The translations under genes were made by a program, and so were the position numbers. The notes under the pieces are model-generated. The model was not told the DNA's origin. It ran no database searches and saw nothing but the letters and a program-made list of their open reading frames with translations. Shown piece after piece: positions 49,449-58,766 of a DNA stretch of 64,000 nt. Location: NCBI GenBank assembly GCA_036630325.1, contig CP142731.1, forward strand, positions 868,001 through 932,000, in the 5' to 3' direction. Position 1 is the stretch's first letter; each line of letters starts with the position of its first letter. The DNA is from Vairimorpha necatrix (lineage: Eukaryota).

Positions 49449-49859
49449 TCACATTCCATATTTATCGCATCCATCTAAATACTTCTCCCAAGTTTTTTTT
49501 ATATCTTTTTTAATTTCAATTATCTTTTTTATATAAACATCACTTCTCAATTTTTCACCAGCATTCTTCATTTTATTCATAAAATATTCAATACTTTTTT
49601 TATGTGGTAGTTTTAACTCTTTAGCCAATTTCTTCACATTAGATTTATTAAATTTCAATCCTCTTAAGATAAATTCTCTTTCTAATAGTTCGACTTCATC
49701 TTTAGCTAAGGTTGAATATTTTGGTTTTTTTTGTACATGTGGCACGGGTTTGTGCATTGTGTTATTATAAGTTTCTAGTAAAAAATCTAGATTTTGTTCG
49801 TTTTGGATGTCATCATCTGAGTCATATAGAGCATTTTTGTAGAAAGGGAAAGTGTCCAT
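49449..49859 (-). CDS. Divergent homeodomain-like protein
   Basis: CCC-ATG context; KKPKY..L...EVELLEREF...KKLAKELKLP...IEYFMNK follows the homeodomain helix pattern, with WFxNR replaced by YFMNK. Confidence 0.7.
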   Translation of the reverse strand: MDTFPFYKNALYDSDDDIQNEQNLDFLLETYNNTMHKPVPHVQKKPKYSTLAKDEVELLEREFILRGLKFNKSNVKKLAKELKLPHKKSIEYFMNKMKNAGEKLRSDVYIKKIIEIKKDIKKTWEKYLDGCDKYGM

Positions 49860-50960
49860 GGGATTATCAAAACAATGTTATGATTTATTTATGTTTCATG
49901 AGTCATAGATAAGAAAATAAAATAAAGTATATTAATTAAATTGTAAAGTTTATAATACAAATATGTTAATGAGTAATTTATATTTACTTAAATTATTTAT
50001 TAGATGTTTAATATAATTAAGATGCTTATTATTAATATTATAAATTAAAAAATGAAAATAAGGTAAGCTTAAAACTAAAAAAAGATTGTTTTATAAAATC
50101 TTTGATTAAAATCAGAATGTTTTAAGAAATAATTGGGGATTGTTTTTAACATGATTAAATTTCAAATTATAAAAAATTCAATCTATCTAAAATGATTTAA
50201 TCAATAAACGAATTAGTTATTAATAAACTTAAAAAATGGGTTTATATAAGGGAAACGCACAAATTACTCGTCTAACAAGCATTAAAAAGTGTTATAAGAT
50301 TATGATAAACCTTATAATTTCTTTTAATTAACAAATCATTTGAAAACTTAAGAAAGATGCTGCATATTAATTTAGCCCCTTAAAAAGAGAAGATAATTTT
50401 TCAATTTTTGCCCCGATTTGTAGTAGTCAAAATGGAAAAAAGTGAAGCAAAAAAAACTTTTTTAGGTTATATGACAGAGTAATCGAAAACAGATGTTTTA
50501 TTTTTTTTTCGATTTTTAATTATTTCCTTCGTCTTATTGCTTGATTTTATCATTATACTTCATAGAAAAGCTAATAAAGATATATCTCTGTATAATGAGT
50601 CCATTTTAAGATTATAAAGATATTTTGTAAGAAATAAAAAAGAACTTTTAACTTTAAAGGTAAAAATGCCATAGATTATGAGATTGATGTCTTATATGAT
50701 TTAAGAATGTTATATAAAACTTTTGTATTATGACATTTGTCTTTGAAGACTAATGCAATTCTAAAAAAGACAAATTTATTTAGAGATTGTAAAGTATAAT
50801 TTGTAAAGCAAAAAAAGTATGAAAAAATGTTAAAAATAGCAAAATTAATTTTTTTACGAAACAAAAAAAAATATTGCGTTTTTCGTAATATGGTCTAATT
50901 AGATAATAATGCAACTGTTTCAAACTATTAAGATCTTTGTCTTTATTCTACATTTTTTAC

Positions 50961-51702
50961 GAGGCTTTAGGCCAGTGGTCGAAAACAGAGCTTGCGATTG
51001 AGCATGACTGGGTTCTCATGCAGGGCCGCCAAGTTTTGTATTTTCTAATTTCCAGTTTAAGAGTTCAGATGATGAAAATGTTCACGATAATCATTAAATT
51101 GTTTAATAAACTTGTGTGGATTCAACCATAAGGGTTGATTAGTATCTAGTATAAAACGCATATATATTTAAAATAATATATCCTCCGTGGAGAATTTTCG
51201 GTGCATTAAACTTAATCATAGTCGAAAAATACTTTGGGCGAGATCCCTGCGTTTATAAAGAGACAGAAACAATATTTATGATATAAGATCTCGTGGACCA
51301 TATCCTATAGGATTCTGCGCCATGATGGCAGAAATAAGTTGGAGACATAGTGATCGACGCAGTTCATTTGCCGATGGTTTGGCGGTATAAGGAGCCGTGT
51401 GTGCGACACAGATGATTGTAGGGACCTTTGGACTAGCACAAGTATGTCTTTTCTTAGGACATTTAAACCTTGTTTGTTGTTTTTATCTCTTATGTGATTA
51501 TTCTAGGTTTTATTTGAGAAATAGATGTCAAAATGTTATCCCTTAGCCAAAGTCCAATGGTAAATAGGAACTTGCTGCACGGCGAGTTCCATAGAGGGAG
51601 TTTATAAATGTGTTAATCTCATTAACCAGTTGAACAAGTATCACACCCAAATCCACGCGGTTTCAATGTAAGGTTTCTCCTTAACTCTTCCTTACAAAGA
51701 AA
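50961..51702 (+). mobile_element. tRNA-derived SINE-like element, copy 3 (strongly diverged)
   Basis: Shares blocks such as CAGATGATGAAAATG, TAAGGAGCCGTGTGTGC, AGCCAAAGTCCAATGG and ATGTAAGGTTTCTCC with copy 1; direct repeat TTCTACATTTT at 50946-50956 and 51706-51716. Confidence 0.8.
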
Positions 51703-51932
51703 CCTTTCTACATTTTAAATTTTTGGTTATAAATTGGATATATAAAATTCTGTTATTATATTTTCTGGGTATGTAAAGTGAAATTTTTAGAAATCAAAAA
51801 CTGAATTTTAGATTCAAGTAATCCACCTTGTATTATTATGTTTAAATTTTTTAGTAAATTGTTTTCTTGGGCTTTATAAAACTCAAAGTGCTAACATGTA
51901 TTAATTTCTGCTGTGGATGATATATACTGGAT

Positions 51933-53550
51933 GGTACCCGGTCTTTTCGTCCCGGTCATAGGGGTTAAAAAAATTAAAAAATAAAAAAAACGAACTTTTT
52001 TATTTTTTAATTTTTTACCCCTATGACCGGGACAAAAAGGATAATCAAAAGCAAAAGAAATATGGACCAAATAATAGATGAAAATCTATATATTTACGAG
52101 AAAAAAAGAATCAACAATACTACTATAAAGTGGCGCTGCATTGTACGAAGCTGTAATGCCAAGGCCATTAGTAGTATTGTTTACGTCAATAATCTCGAAT
52201 CCTTTATTATTTCTTCGCCTCATAATCATGAACCAAATCCTGAACAGGTCTGTAGGAAGAATAAAATAGATAAAATGAAACGGGAAATTATCTCTGGCAA
52301 AGATTCTCCTAGAAACATTTTTTTTTCTTCCTTAAGAGGAGCTGGTGAAGAAACAATCGCCGCAATAGGCCCTATTGAGCCTATTACGAGAATATTAAGG
52401 AAAGCTAGGCTAAATTTCTTTAATCCAAAACCATACGCCAACCAAACATTGGGTTTATGTGCTGATTTATTAATCAGTCATACAGGCGAACAATGGTATC
52501 GATATGGGCCTGAAAATTACGGGAGTGATAAACCCAATGACAGTATAATAGTTTTTTATACAGATTCGGCCATGGAAAAACTGGCTCTATATGACATGTG
52601 GGCGATGGATGGGACCTTTACGGTGGTTCCAATTCCATATTATCAACTTTACACAATTAGTTTTATCCGTGAAGCGCATGTATTTCCGATTATATTTGCA
52701 ATTTTAAAAGATAAAAGTTTCGAAACCTATTTTTTTTTGTTTCAAATGTTAAAGAGAAGGTTTCCAGAGCTCAACCCAAGGTTGATAAAAACCGATTTTG
52801 AGTATGCTGCGATAAGAGCATTTTCAATAATTTTCCCGGATTGTCAAATTTCGGGTTGTCTTTTTCACTTGGCCCAGGCTATTGATAGACGTGTTAAAAG
52901 TTCAGGACTTTCTTCTGTTTACACATGTTCACCTATGGTGAAAAAATTTGTTTTGTCTCTTACGGCACTTGCATATGTTGAATATGACGAAATATTGTCT
53001 ACTTTTTTGGAATTAAAACAAGACAGAAATTTCCCTGAATGCTTGACTGAGTTATATGCCTATTTCTTTACAAATTATATTGATTTAGGATGTCGTTTTC
53101 CGCCGAATTTGTGGCATACGAGAAATAATATGGATATAGATTTTCCAAGAACTAATAATGCGATTGAAGGTTGGCATAATACCTTTAAAAACACATTTGG
53201 TACAAGTAGATACAGTTTTTATCTATTAGTGAGCAAATTAAAGGATGAAGAAGATATAGTGCGAATCAAGATAATCCAACAAACAATTTTAAATCATGTT
53301 TTTGAACGTAAACAAAAATACATTGAAAAAGAGATTCGGCTAGCTGATTTTTTGAATAAAACTGTGGATGAAGGGTTTGGTTTAGATTTTGTCTTTGAAA
53401 TTATTGAAATATTAAAGTTTTATTTTTAAATTTTTTTCGGAATTTTCGTCCCGGTGGTAGGGGTTAAAAAAATAAAAAAATAAAAAAACCGAGATTTTTT
53501 ATTTTTTTATTTTTTTAACCCCTACCACCGGGACGAAAATTCCGGTCACC
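51933..53550 (+). mobile_element. Mutator-like (MULE) DNA transposon, copy 2
   Basis: Perfect 9-bp TSD ATACTGGAT (51924-51932, 53551-53559), palindromic ends, intact transposase. Confidence 0.95.
52023..53429 (+). CDS. MULE transposase with FLYWCH-type zinc finger
   Basis: 468 aa; differs from copy 1 at one residue I could see (HLAQA vs HLAKA). Confidence 0.93.
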   Translation: MTGTKRIIKSKRNMDQIIDENLYIYEKKRINNTTIKWRCIVRSCNAKAISSIVYVNNLESFIISSPHNHEPNPEQVCRKNKIDKMKREIISGKDSPRNIFFSSLRGAGEETIAAIGPIEPITRILRKARLNFFNPKPYANQTLGLCADLLISHTGEQWYRYGPENYGSDKPNDSIIVFYTDSAMEKLALYDMWAMDGTFTVVPIPYYQLYTISFIREAHVFPIIFAILKDKSFETYFFLFQMLKRRFPELNPRLIKTDFEYAAIRAFSIIFPDCQISGCLFHLAQAIDRRVKSSGLSSVYTCSPMVKKFVLSLTALAYVEYDEILSTFLELKQDRNFPECLTELYAYFFTNYIDLGCRFPPNLWHTRNNMDIDFPRTNNAIEGWHNTFKNTFGTSRYSFYLLVSKLKDEEDIVRIKIIQQTILNHVFERKQKYIEKEIRLADFLNKTVDEGFGLDFVFEIIEILKFYF

Positions 53551-53874
53551 ATACTGGATTATACGAGTATAACTTAATAATGTACATTTTAAACTAAAAG
53601 TAATTGCACAAAAAAATATACAATTTTATAAAATGATAATTCATATCGCTATGAGTTTTTTTGCTTATTTTCTTGTATACTTATATATAATTTGATAATT
53701 TCGTCTCTAGGTTTCCTTTTTATAATAATGTCAAAATCTGTATACTTCTGGCTTTGCTCCAGTCAAATTTCTTGTAATTCTTGCTATTCCGCTCATGCAT
53801 TTTGTTAAATAAGCACTTTCTCCTTGCCTGCATGCCATTTCAATGAGAACAAATATCTCGATTTTCATAAAAAT

Positions 53875-53946
53875 AGGGCCCAGCAGGGATTGAACCTGCG
53901 ACCTACCGCTTTGCAGGCGACTGTTCTACCACTGAACTATGGACCC
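53875..53946 (-). tRNA. tRNA-Cys (GCA)
   Basis: 72-nt cloverleaf GGGTCCA...TGGGCCC-T, anticodon loop CTGCAAA, T loop TTCAATC, and the U discriminator typical of tRNA-Cys. Confidence 0.93.
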
Positions 53947-54231
53947 TTAAAAGATGAAATTTATTTGTTCTATTATGTTTATCTAAAATATTTATGGCTC
54001 ATTTATGTCTATTTCCTTGAAAGTGGATTTTTATTTCACAGAATGCAATTTCTATTTACAGAGTTAATTGCTGTGTGATATAAATTTGTAAGATAAAAAT
54101 AAAGACAGTGTATGTCAATAATTACTTAATATCAAAATTTATTTCTATAAGTAATAAAAATATATCTTAAATTCTGACAAATTATAAAAACAATTCCCTT
54201 TTCATTTCTCCTTATAAAATATTTTAAATCT

Positions 54232-54236
54232 CCCCC
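54232..54236 (+). promoter_or_regulatory. CCC motif immediately upstream of the start codon (microsporidian-type)
   Basis: CCCCC-T-ATG for eIF2-gamma; a CCC within a few bases of the ATG recurs at essentially every host gene in this window. Confidence 0.7.
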
Positions 54237-54237
54237 T

Positions 54238-55539
54238 ATGAAAAATGATCTTGAAATTATTAAAAATCAAGCTACTATAAATATTGGCACTATTGGTCAT
54301 GTGGCCCATGGTAAATCCACTATAGTAAGAGCTATTAGTGGTATTAGTACTATAAAATTCAAGGCCGAATTAGAAAGGAATATTACTATAAAACTGGGCT
54401 ACGCTAATGCCAAGATTTATAAATGTCAAGGCACTTGTAAAAGGCCTGACTGTTATCAAGCTTTTAATTCTAGTACTCCTCCTGAATTAAAATGTACTAT
54501 TTGTCATGGCAATTTGCTTTTAATTCGTCATGTGTCATTTGTAGATTGTCCTGGACATGATGTCCTCATGGCCACTATGCTAAGTGGTACTGCCATTATG
54601 GACGCGGCTCTGCTTCTCATTGCTGCTAATGAGCCCTGTCCCCAGCCCCAGACTACTGAGCACTTGTGCGCAGTGGAAGTTATGAATCTTAAGAAAATTA
54701 TAGTTGTACAGAATAAAATAGACTTGATTTCTAGAGAACAAGCTTTAGAACAATATGACCAGATACAAGACTTCTTAAAGAAATCTAATGCTTCTGGGCC
54801 TATCATCCCGACTGCCGCCCAATTAGGGGTAAATATAAATGCAATATTAGATTATATAGTAAATTACATACCAGTACCAGAAAGAGAAGAAGATATAAAA
54901 CCGAAAATGATAATAATAAGGAGTTTTGATATAAACAGGCCTGGTGCGACTTTGGATAGTCTTAGTGGTGGGGTTATAGGAGGAAGTTTAATACAAGGCA
55001 ATATTAAAAATGGAGATGAAGTAGAAGTCAGGCCTGGTTTGATAATAAAAAAAGGAAATAAGTTCGTCTGTCGTCCATTTGTGACTAAAGTGAAATCTCT
55101 TAAGGCCGAAAATAACATCTTAGAAAAAGCTTACCCTGGGGGATTAATAGGAGTAGGCACAGAAATAGACCCAAGTTTCTGTAAATCTGATCGACTAGTC
55201 GGCCAAGTCATGGGCCTAAAAGGCTCTTTGCCTCCAATTCGTCTAAATATTTCTATAAATTACGAGTTATTTCAGAAGACGATCGCCCACGATAAACAAG
55301 ACTTGAAAATTAAAGAACATGTCCAATTGAATATTGGCAGTACAATAACAGGAGGACAAATTAAGAATGTAGTACGAGATCAAGTATTTATAGAATTAAT
55401 TAAGCCTACATGCTGTGATATAAATGAGAGAATAGCTATAAGTAGAAAAATTAATAATCATTGGAGATTAATAGGGCATGGGTTAATAATAGAAGGGGAT
55501 GAGATTGAGCCGACATATTTTAAAAATTTTTTATTTTAA
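54238..55539 (+). CDS. GCD11: Eukaryotic translation initiation factor 2 subunit gamma
   Basis: QATINIGTIGHVAHGKST, ELERNITIKLGYAN, DCPGHDVLMATML, NKID and the C-terminal SR..WRLIG motif. Confidence 0.97.
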   Translation: MKNDLEIIKNQATINIGTIGHVAHGKSTIVRAISGISTIKFKAELERNITIKLGYANAKIYKCQGTCKRPDCYQAFNSSTPPELKCTICHGNLLLIRHVSFVDCPGHDVLMATMLSGTAIMDAALLLIAANEPCPQPQTTEHLCAVEVMNLKKIIVVQNKIDLISREQALEQYDQIQDFLKKSNASGPIIPTAAQLGVNINAILDYIVNYIPVPEREEDIKPKMIIIRSFDINRPGATLDSLSGGVIGGSLIQGNIKNGDEVEVRPGLIIKKGNKFVCRPFVTKVKSLKAENNILEKAYPGGLIGVGTEIDPSFCKSDRLVGQVMGLKGSLPPIRLNISINYELFQKTIAHDKQDLKIKEHVQLNIGSTITGGQIKNVVRDQVFIELIKPTCCDINERIAISRKINNHWRLIGHGLIIEGDEIEPTYFKNFLF

Positions 55540-55629
55540 TAAATATAAAACTCTTTTAGCTTTGCTTTTTTACTCTTTTATATATGATAATACATACATT
55601 TGTAATATTCTTTTTTGTTGATCGCCCTT

Positions 55630-56364
55630 ATGTTTGATCATAAAAAAATCCAAGCTGTAATTTTTCCTGATACAAAAGGCCTAGAAGATCCAATTTCTTC
55701 TTCAAATATAAATACATTTTTAGACTATTTAAATCTACCAAATCTCAACTTAGAAGGCGACGAGACGGAAATACTCAAAAAAATCAAAGAAATAATGAAA
55801 GACGAGTCACTTTCCTTACCAAATAGTCAAATTACAGAAATAGATGAATTAATAGAAGAAAATAAAAATATAAAAAAATTTAAAGATCTAGAAAAAGAAT
55901 CCGACATTTTAGAAATCTCCCTTACAAATTACAAAGTCGAATTATCAGAAATCCAAGATTTAAAATCCAGGAATTTAGAAGAAGATCTCAATCTTCTAAA
56001 TATTGATTTTAATGATAAACAGTTTGAAATACAAAATGAATATTTGTTAAATCAAGCTTATGATTTTTTAGACCAAAAACCGGTCAGTAAAAATTTTTTA
56101 AATATTTTTCAATATTTGAAAAAAATGAAAAATTTTGATTTATTTTTGGAGAAAGAGAAATTAGTAGAAGAAATAAGTAAGAATGAGAATATATTAGGTA
56201 AGATATTTATAGATTTGATGGAGAATAATCAAATTAATGTACAGGAGTTAGAAAAGAAATATGGACTTGAGAGGGTTTTAGTATTGAAGATTGTGTATGG
56301 GATGATTAATAATGGGATAGTAACATTTGATAAAGAACGAGGAAACATAAGCATGAGGAAATAA
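55630..56364 (+). CDS. Hypothetical protein (coiled-coil-like, possible C-terminal winged helix)
   Basis: Long ORF; the ATG at 55630 has CCCTT context; charged helical body. No family recognised. Confidence 0.75.
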   Translation: MFDHKKIQAVIFPDTKGLEDPISSSNINTFLDYLNLPNLNLEGDETEILKKIKEIMKDESLSLPNSQITEIDELIEENKNIKKFKDLEKESDILEISLTNYKVELSEIQDLKSRNLEEDLNLLNIDFNDKQFEIQNEYLLNQAYDFLDQKPVSKNFLNIFQYLKKMKNFDLFLEKEKLVEEISKNENILGKIFIDLMENNQINVQELEKKYGLERVLVLKIVYGMINNGIVTFDKERGNISMRK

Positions 56365-56646
56365 AAAATAGATAAATAATATTTTTATATAAACTTAGTT
56401 AAAAGTTTATATAAAAACTTAGTAGTTATTTGATTTTAAACTTATAAAAATAAATAATTTTAGTTATTTGATTTTATTTTATTGCTTATTATTGCATTAT
56501 TAAGAAACATATGACTTTTTATTATAAATGTACATTTTCGCTTTTTTTATTTATAAATGTATATTTTTGCTCTTTTTTTATAAATATTATGATTTTTATT
56601 AAATATTTTTTTTTTGTTAAGTTTGTTTATTTTTTTCTACCCTAAA

Positions 56647-57171
56647 ATGGGAAATATTTGTTCGTGTTGTTCTTCTGACATGCCTAAATTTATAATCTCT
56701 GTGGTCGGCTTAGAAGAAGACATAAAAAATGTCTTAAAATACATCGTCCCAGACTTCAATGATACCCAGAAACTTATGAATTTCACTGAATACATCTTCT
56801 CTTACTATAATGCTGAACTTATCATCCATGCACACATTATTACTGAGCTTAATAAAAATCTAATAAGTTTACATTCTACTGTGGAATCAGCAGTCATTTA
56901 TTCTGTAGAAGCAGACAGGCCGGAATCAATCAAATTTGTAAAAGAATTAGTAGAAGAAAGTAATGTAAAAAATAATATTGATATAGTGACAGTATTGTGT
57001 AGAGGGAAATATTTAGACCACCCTGAACTTGATGAACTAAAGATCTTGTTAAATGAAAATATTCATAATCATTTCGAGTTTGTAAAGTTTAATCCTGAGG
57101 AATCAGAAAATCAAGCGAGGAAAGCAATTGAGAAGATTTATAAAATATTACTAGGAAGAATAAATAACTGA
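56647..57171 (+). CDS. Putative lipidated, degenerate Arf/small-GTPase-like protein
   Basis: CCCTAAA-ATG at 56647 gives MGNICSCC (myristoylation/palmitoylation pattern); 174 aa with Arf-like strand order but no GKT. The fold assignment is tentative. Confidence 0.65.
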   Translation: MGNICSCCSSDMPKFIISVVGLEEDIKNVLKYIVPDFNDTQKLMNFTEYIFSYYNAELIIHAHIITELNKNLISLHSTVESAVIYSVEADRPESIKFVKELVEESNVKNNIDIVTVLCRGKYLDHPELDELKILLNENIHNHFEFVKFNPEESENQARKAIEKIYKILLGRINN

Positions 57172-58442
57172 TTAGTAATTTGAAATAAAAAAAAATAAGT
57201 AAAAAAAAATATAAAAAATTTTATATGTTATTACATTTTATTTGTGCAACTCTAAGCAATTTACTAATTATTTAATTTAAAAAATATATTAATTTGTACT
57301 AATAGTGCAAGTTTGGGCTAAAAACAGTGTGTATGAAATATTTACTGCCTATTAGTATATATTGAAGCTATAATAATTGGTACTATTATTTTAGTATATA
57401 GAAATTTGATACATACTAAAAAAACCTTTTTCAAGACTTAATGAACATTTTTATAGGCCAGGAATGTAAACTTGCCTAATTACACGATGATATAAAAAAC
57501 AATGAAGATATTATGAAATCTGAATCTAAAAAAAATTTATTGAAATTTTTATTACAAGATATTAGAATTTGTCCTATGTAATCACATAATATTTTGAACT
57601 TTATATTTAAAACACAGCAGAAATGTCTTATAAATATTTTAAATTAGTAATAAAAATCTAGAGGAATATCATTAAGATTGAGAATATTCATATTATATAT
57701 GGAAGGGATAAGTTAAAACATTCATGTCTTACGAATATATAAAATTTGCATCAAGAAATTACACTATTTATTTGGTCTTTATCTTTTACATAAATGACCA
57801 TTCGTCGCGCAAAGCGATTTTGACTCAATAAATATTTTTAAAAATATTAAAAAAATGTCGAAAACATAATGTATGAGCAGCGTATTAATTAAATTTTTTT
57901 CTGTATAAGTTCAAAATATGAATTATATCTTCAGCTGAAACATGATCTCGAAAGATACATTATATTTTAATAAGACAATAAAAAAATATTTCAACCTATA
58001 ACTCATAATCACATAAATCCTAGAAATGTTATATTTTTAAGATTGATATTTGTTTATCGAAGATATACAGAAAATAAATCTAATTCATTCTACAAATATC
58101 AAGAAAGAACTAGAAAATATATATCTTCTTATAAAAAAATGTAAACCTCAAAATTGTTCAATAAAAAGTCATTGTATGAAATTCACTATTAGAAAACTTG
58201 CTATCGTTTAGTGTACATATAAATAATATCTGAAACTATGCATTTATATATTTGTAAGTCGCATCATTATTTTTGGTTATTTAGGGCACTATTAAAAGTT
58301 ATATCAAGCATTAATTTTGAAAAAAATTTAAAATTGTTAATAAGTGTATAGTACAAAATATTAAAAAAACAAAACTATCCGCCTAAAATTTTTGTTATAT
58401 AAAAAACATAATAATTTACAAATATTAATTATGAAAGCTTTA

Positions 58443-58766
58443 TTAATTCGAACCACGAAATACGTCGTTTGGTGTAGTCCCTCTCTTAAATAACTTGTAA
58501 ATATTTCCTTTCTTAGCATGAAAATTGAATTCAAGTCGACGGATATCTTTTTGGAATGCTTCAGTCTTTTTTTCTCTTACATCGAGAGGAAGTATGTATT
58601 CCGGCTCATAAAACGGGTAGTATAATAAAAAGAATATAAACAATAGAACAAAGAATAAGAAAACAAAAAGGAAAGAATAACTAATGAGAATACTGTCTGA
58701 AAATAAGTAGTGTATAAATTGTAAAAATATGTTGGGCTTGGGATAAAAATTTGCAACTTCGTTCAT
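58443..58766 (-). CDS. Small membrane protein, paralog of 62434-62751
   Basis: CCCC before ATG, one long hydrophobic segment, shared YILP...TExF...LE..H.K.N...K.G.T..D..RG pattern. Confidence 0.8.
   Translation of the reverse strand: MNEVANFYPKPNIFLQFIHYLFSDSILISYSFLFVFLFFVLLFIFFLLYYPFYEPEYILPLDVREKKTEAFQKDIRRLEFNFHAKKGNIYKLFKRGTTPNDVFRGSN

Noticed and set aside
56382..56417. 15-bp-stem hairpin after a stop codon (terminator-like)
   Set aside because: Almost pure A/T in a eukaryotic low-complexity spacer; no basis for calling a terminator.
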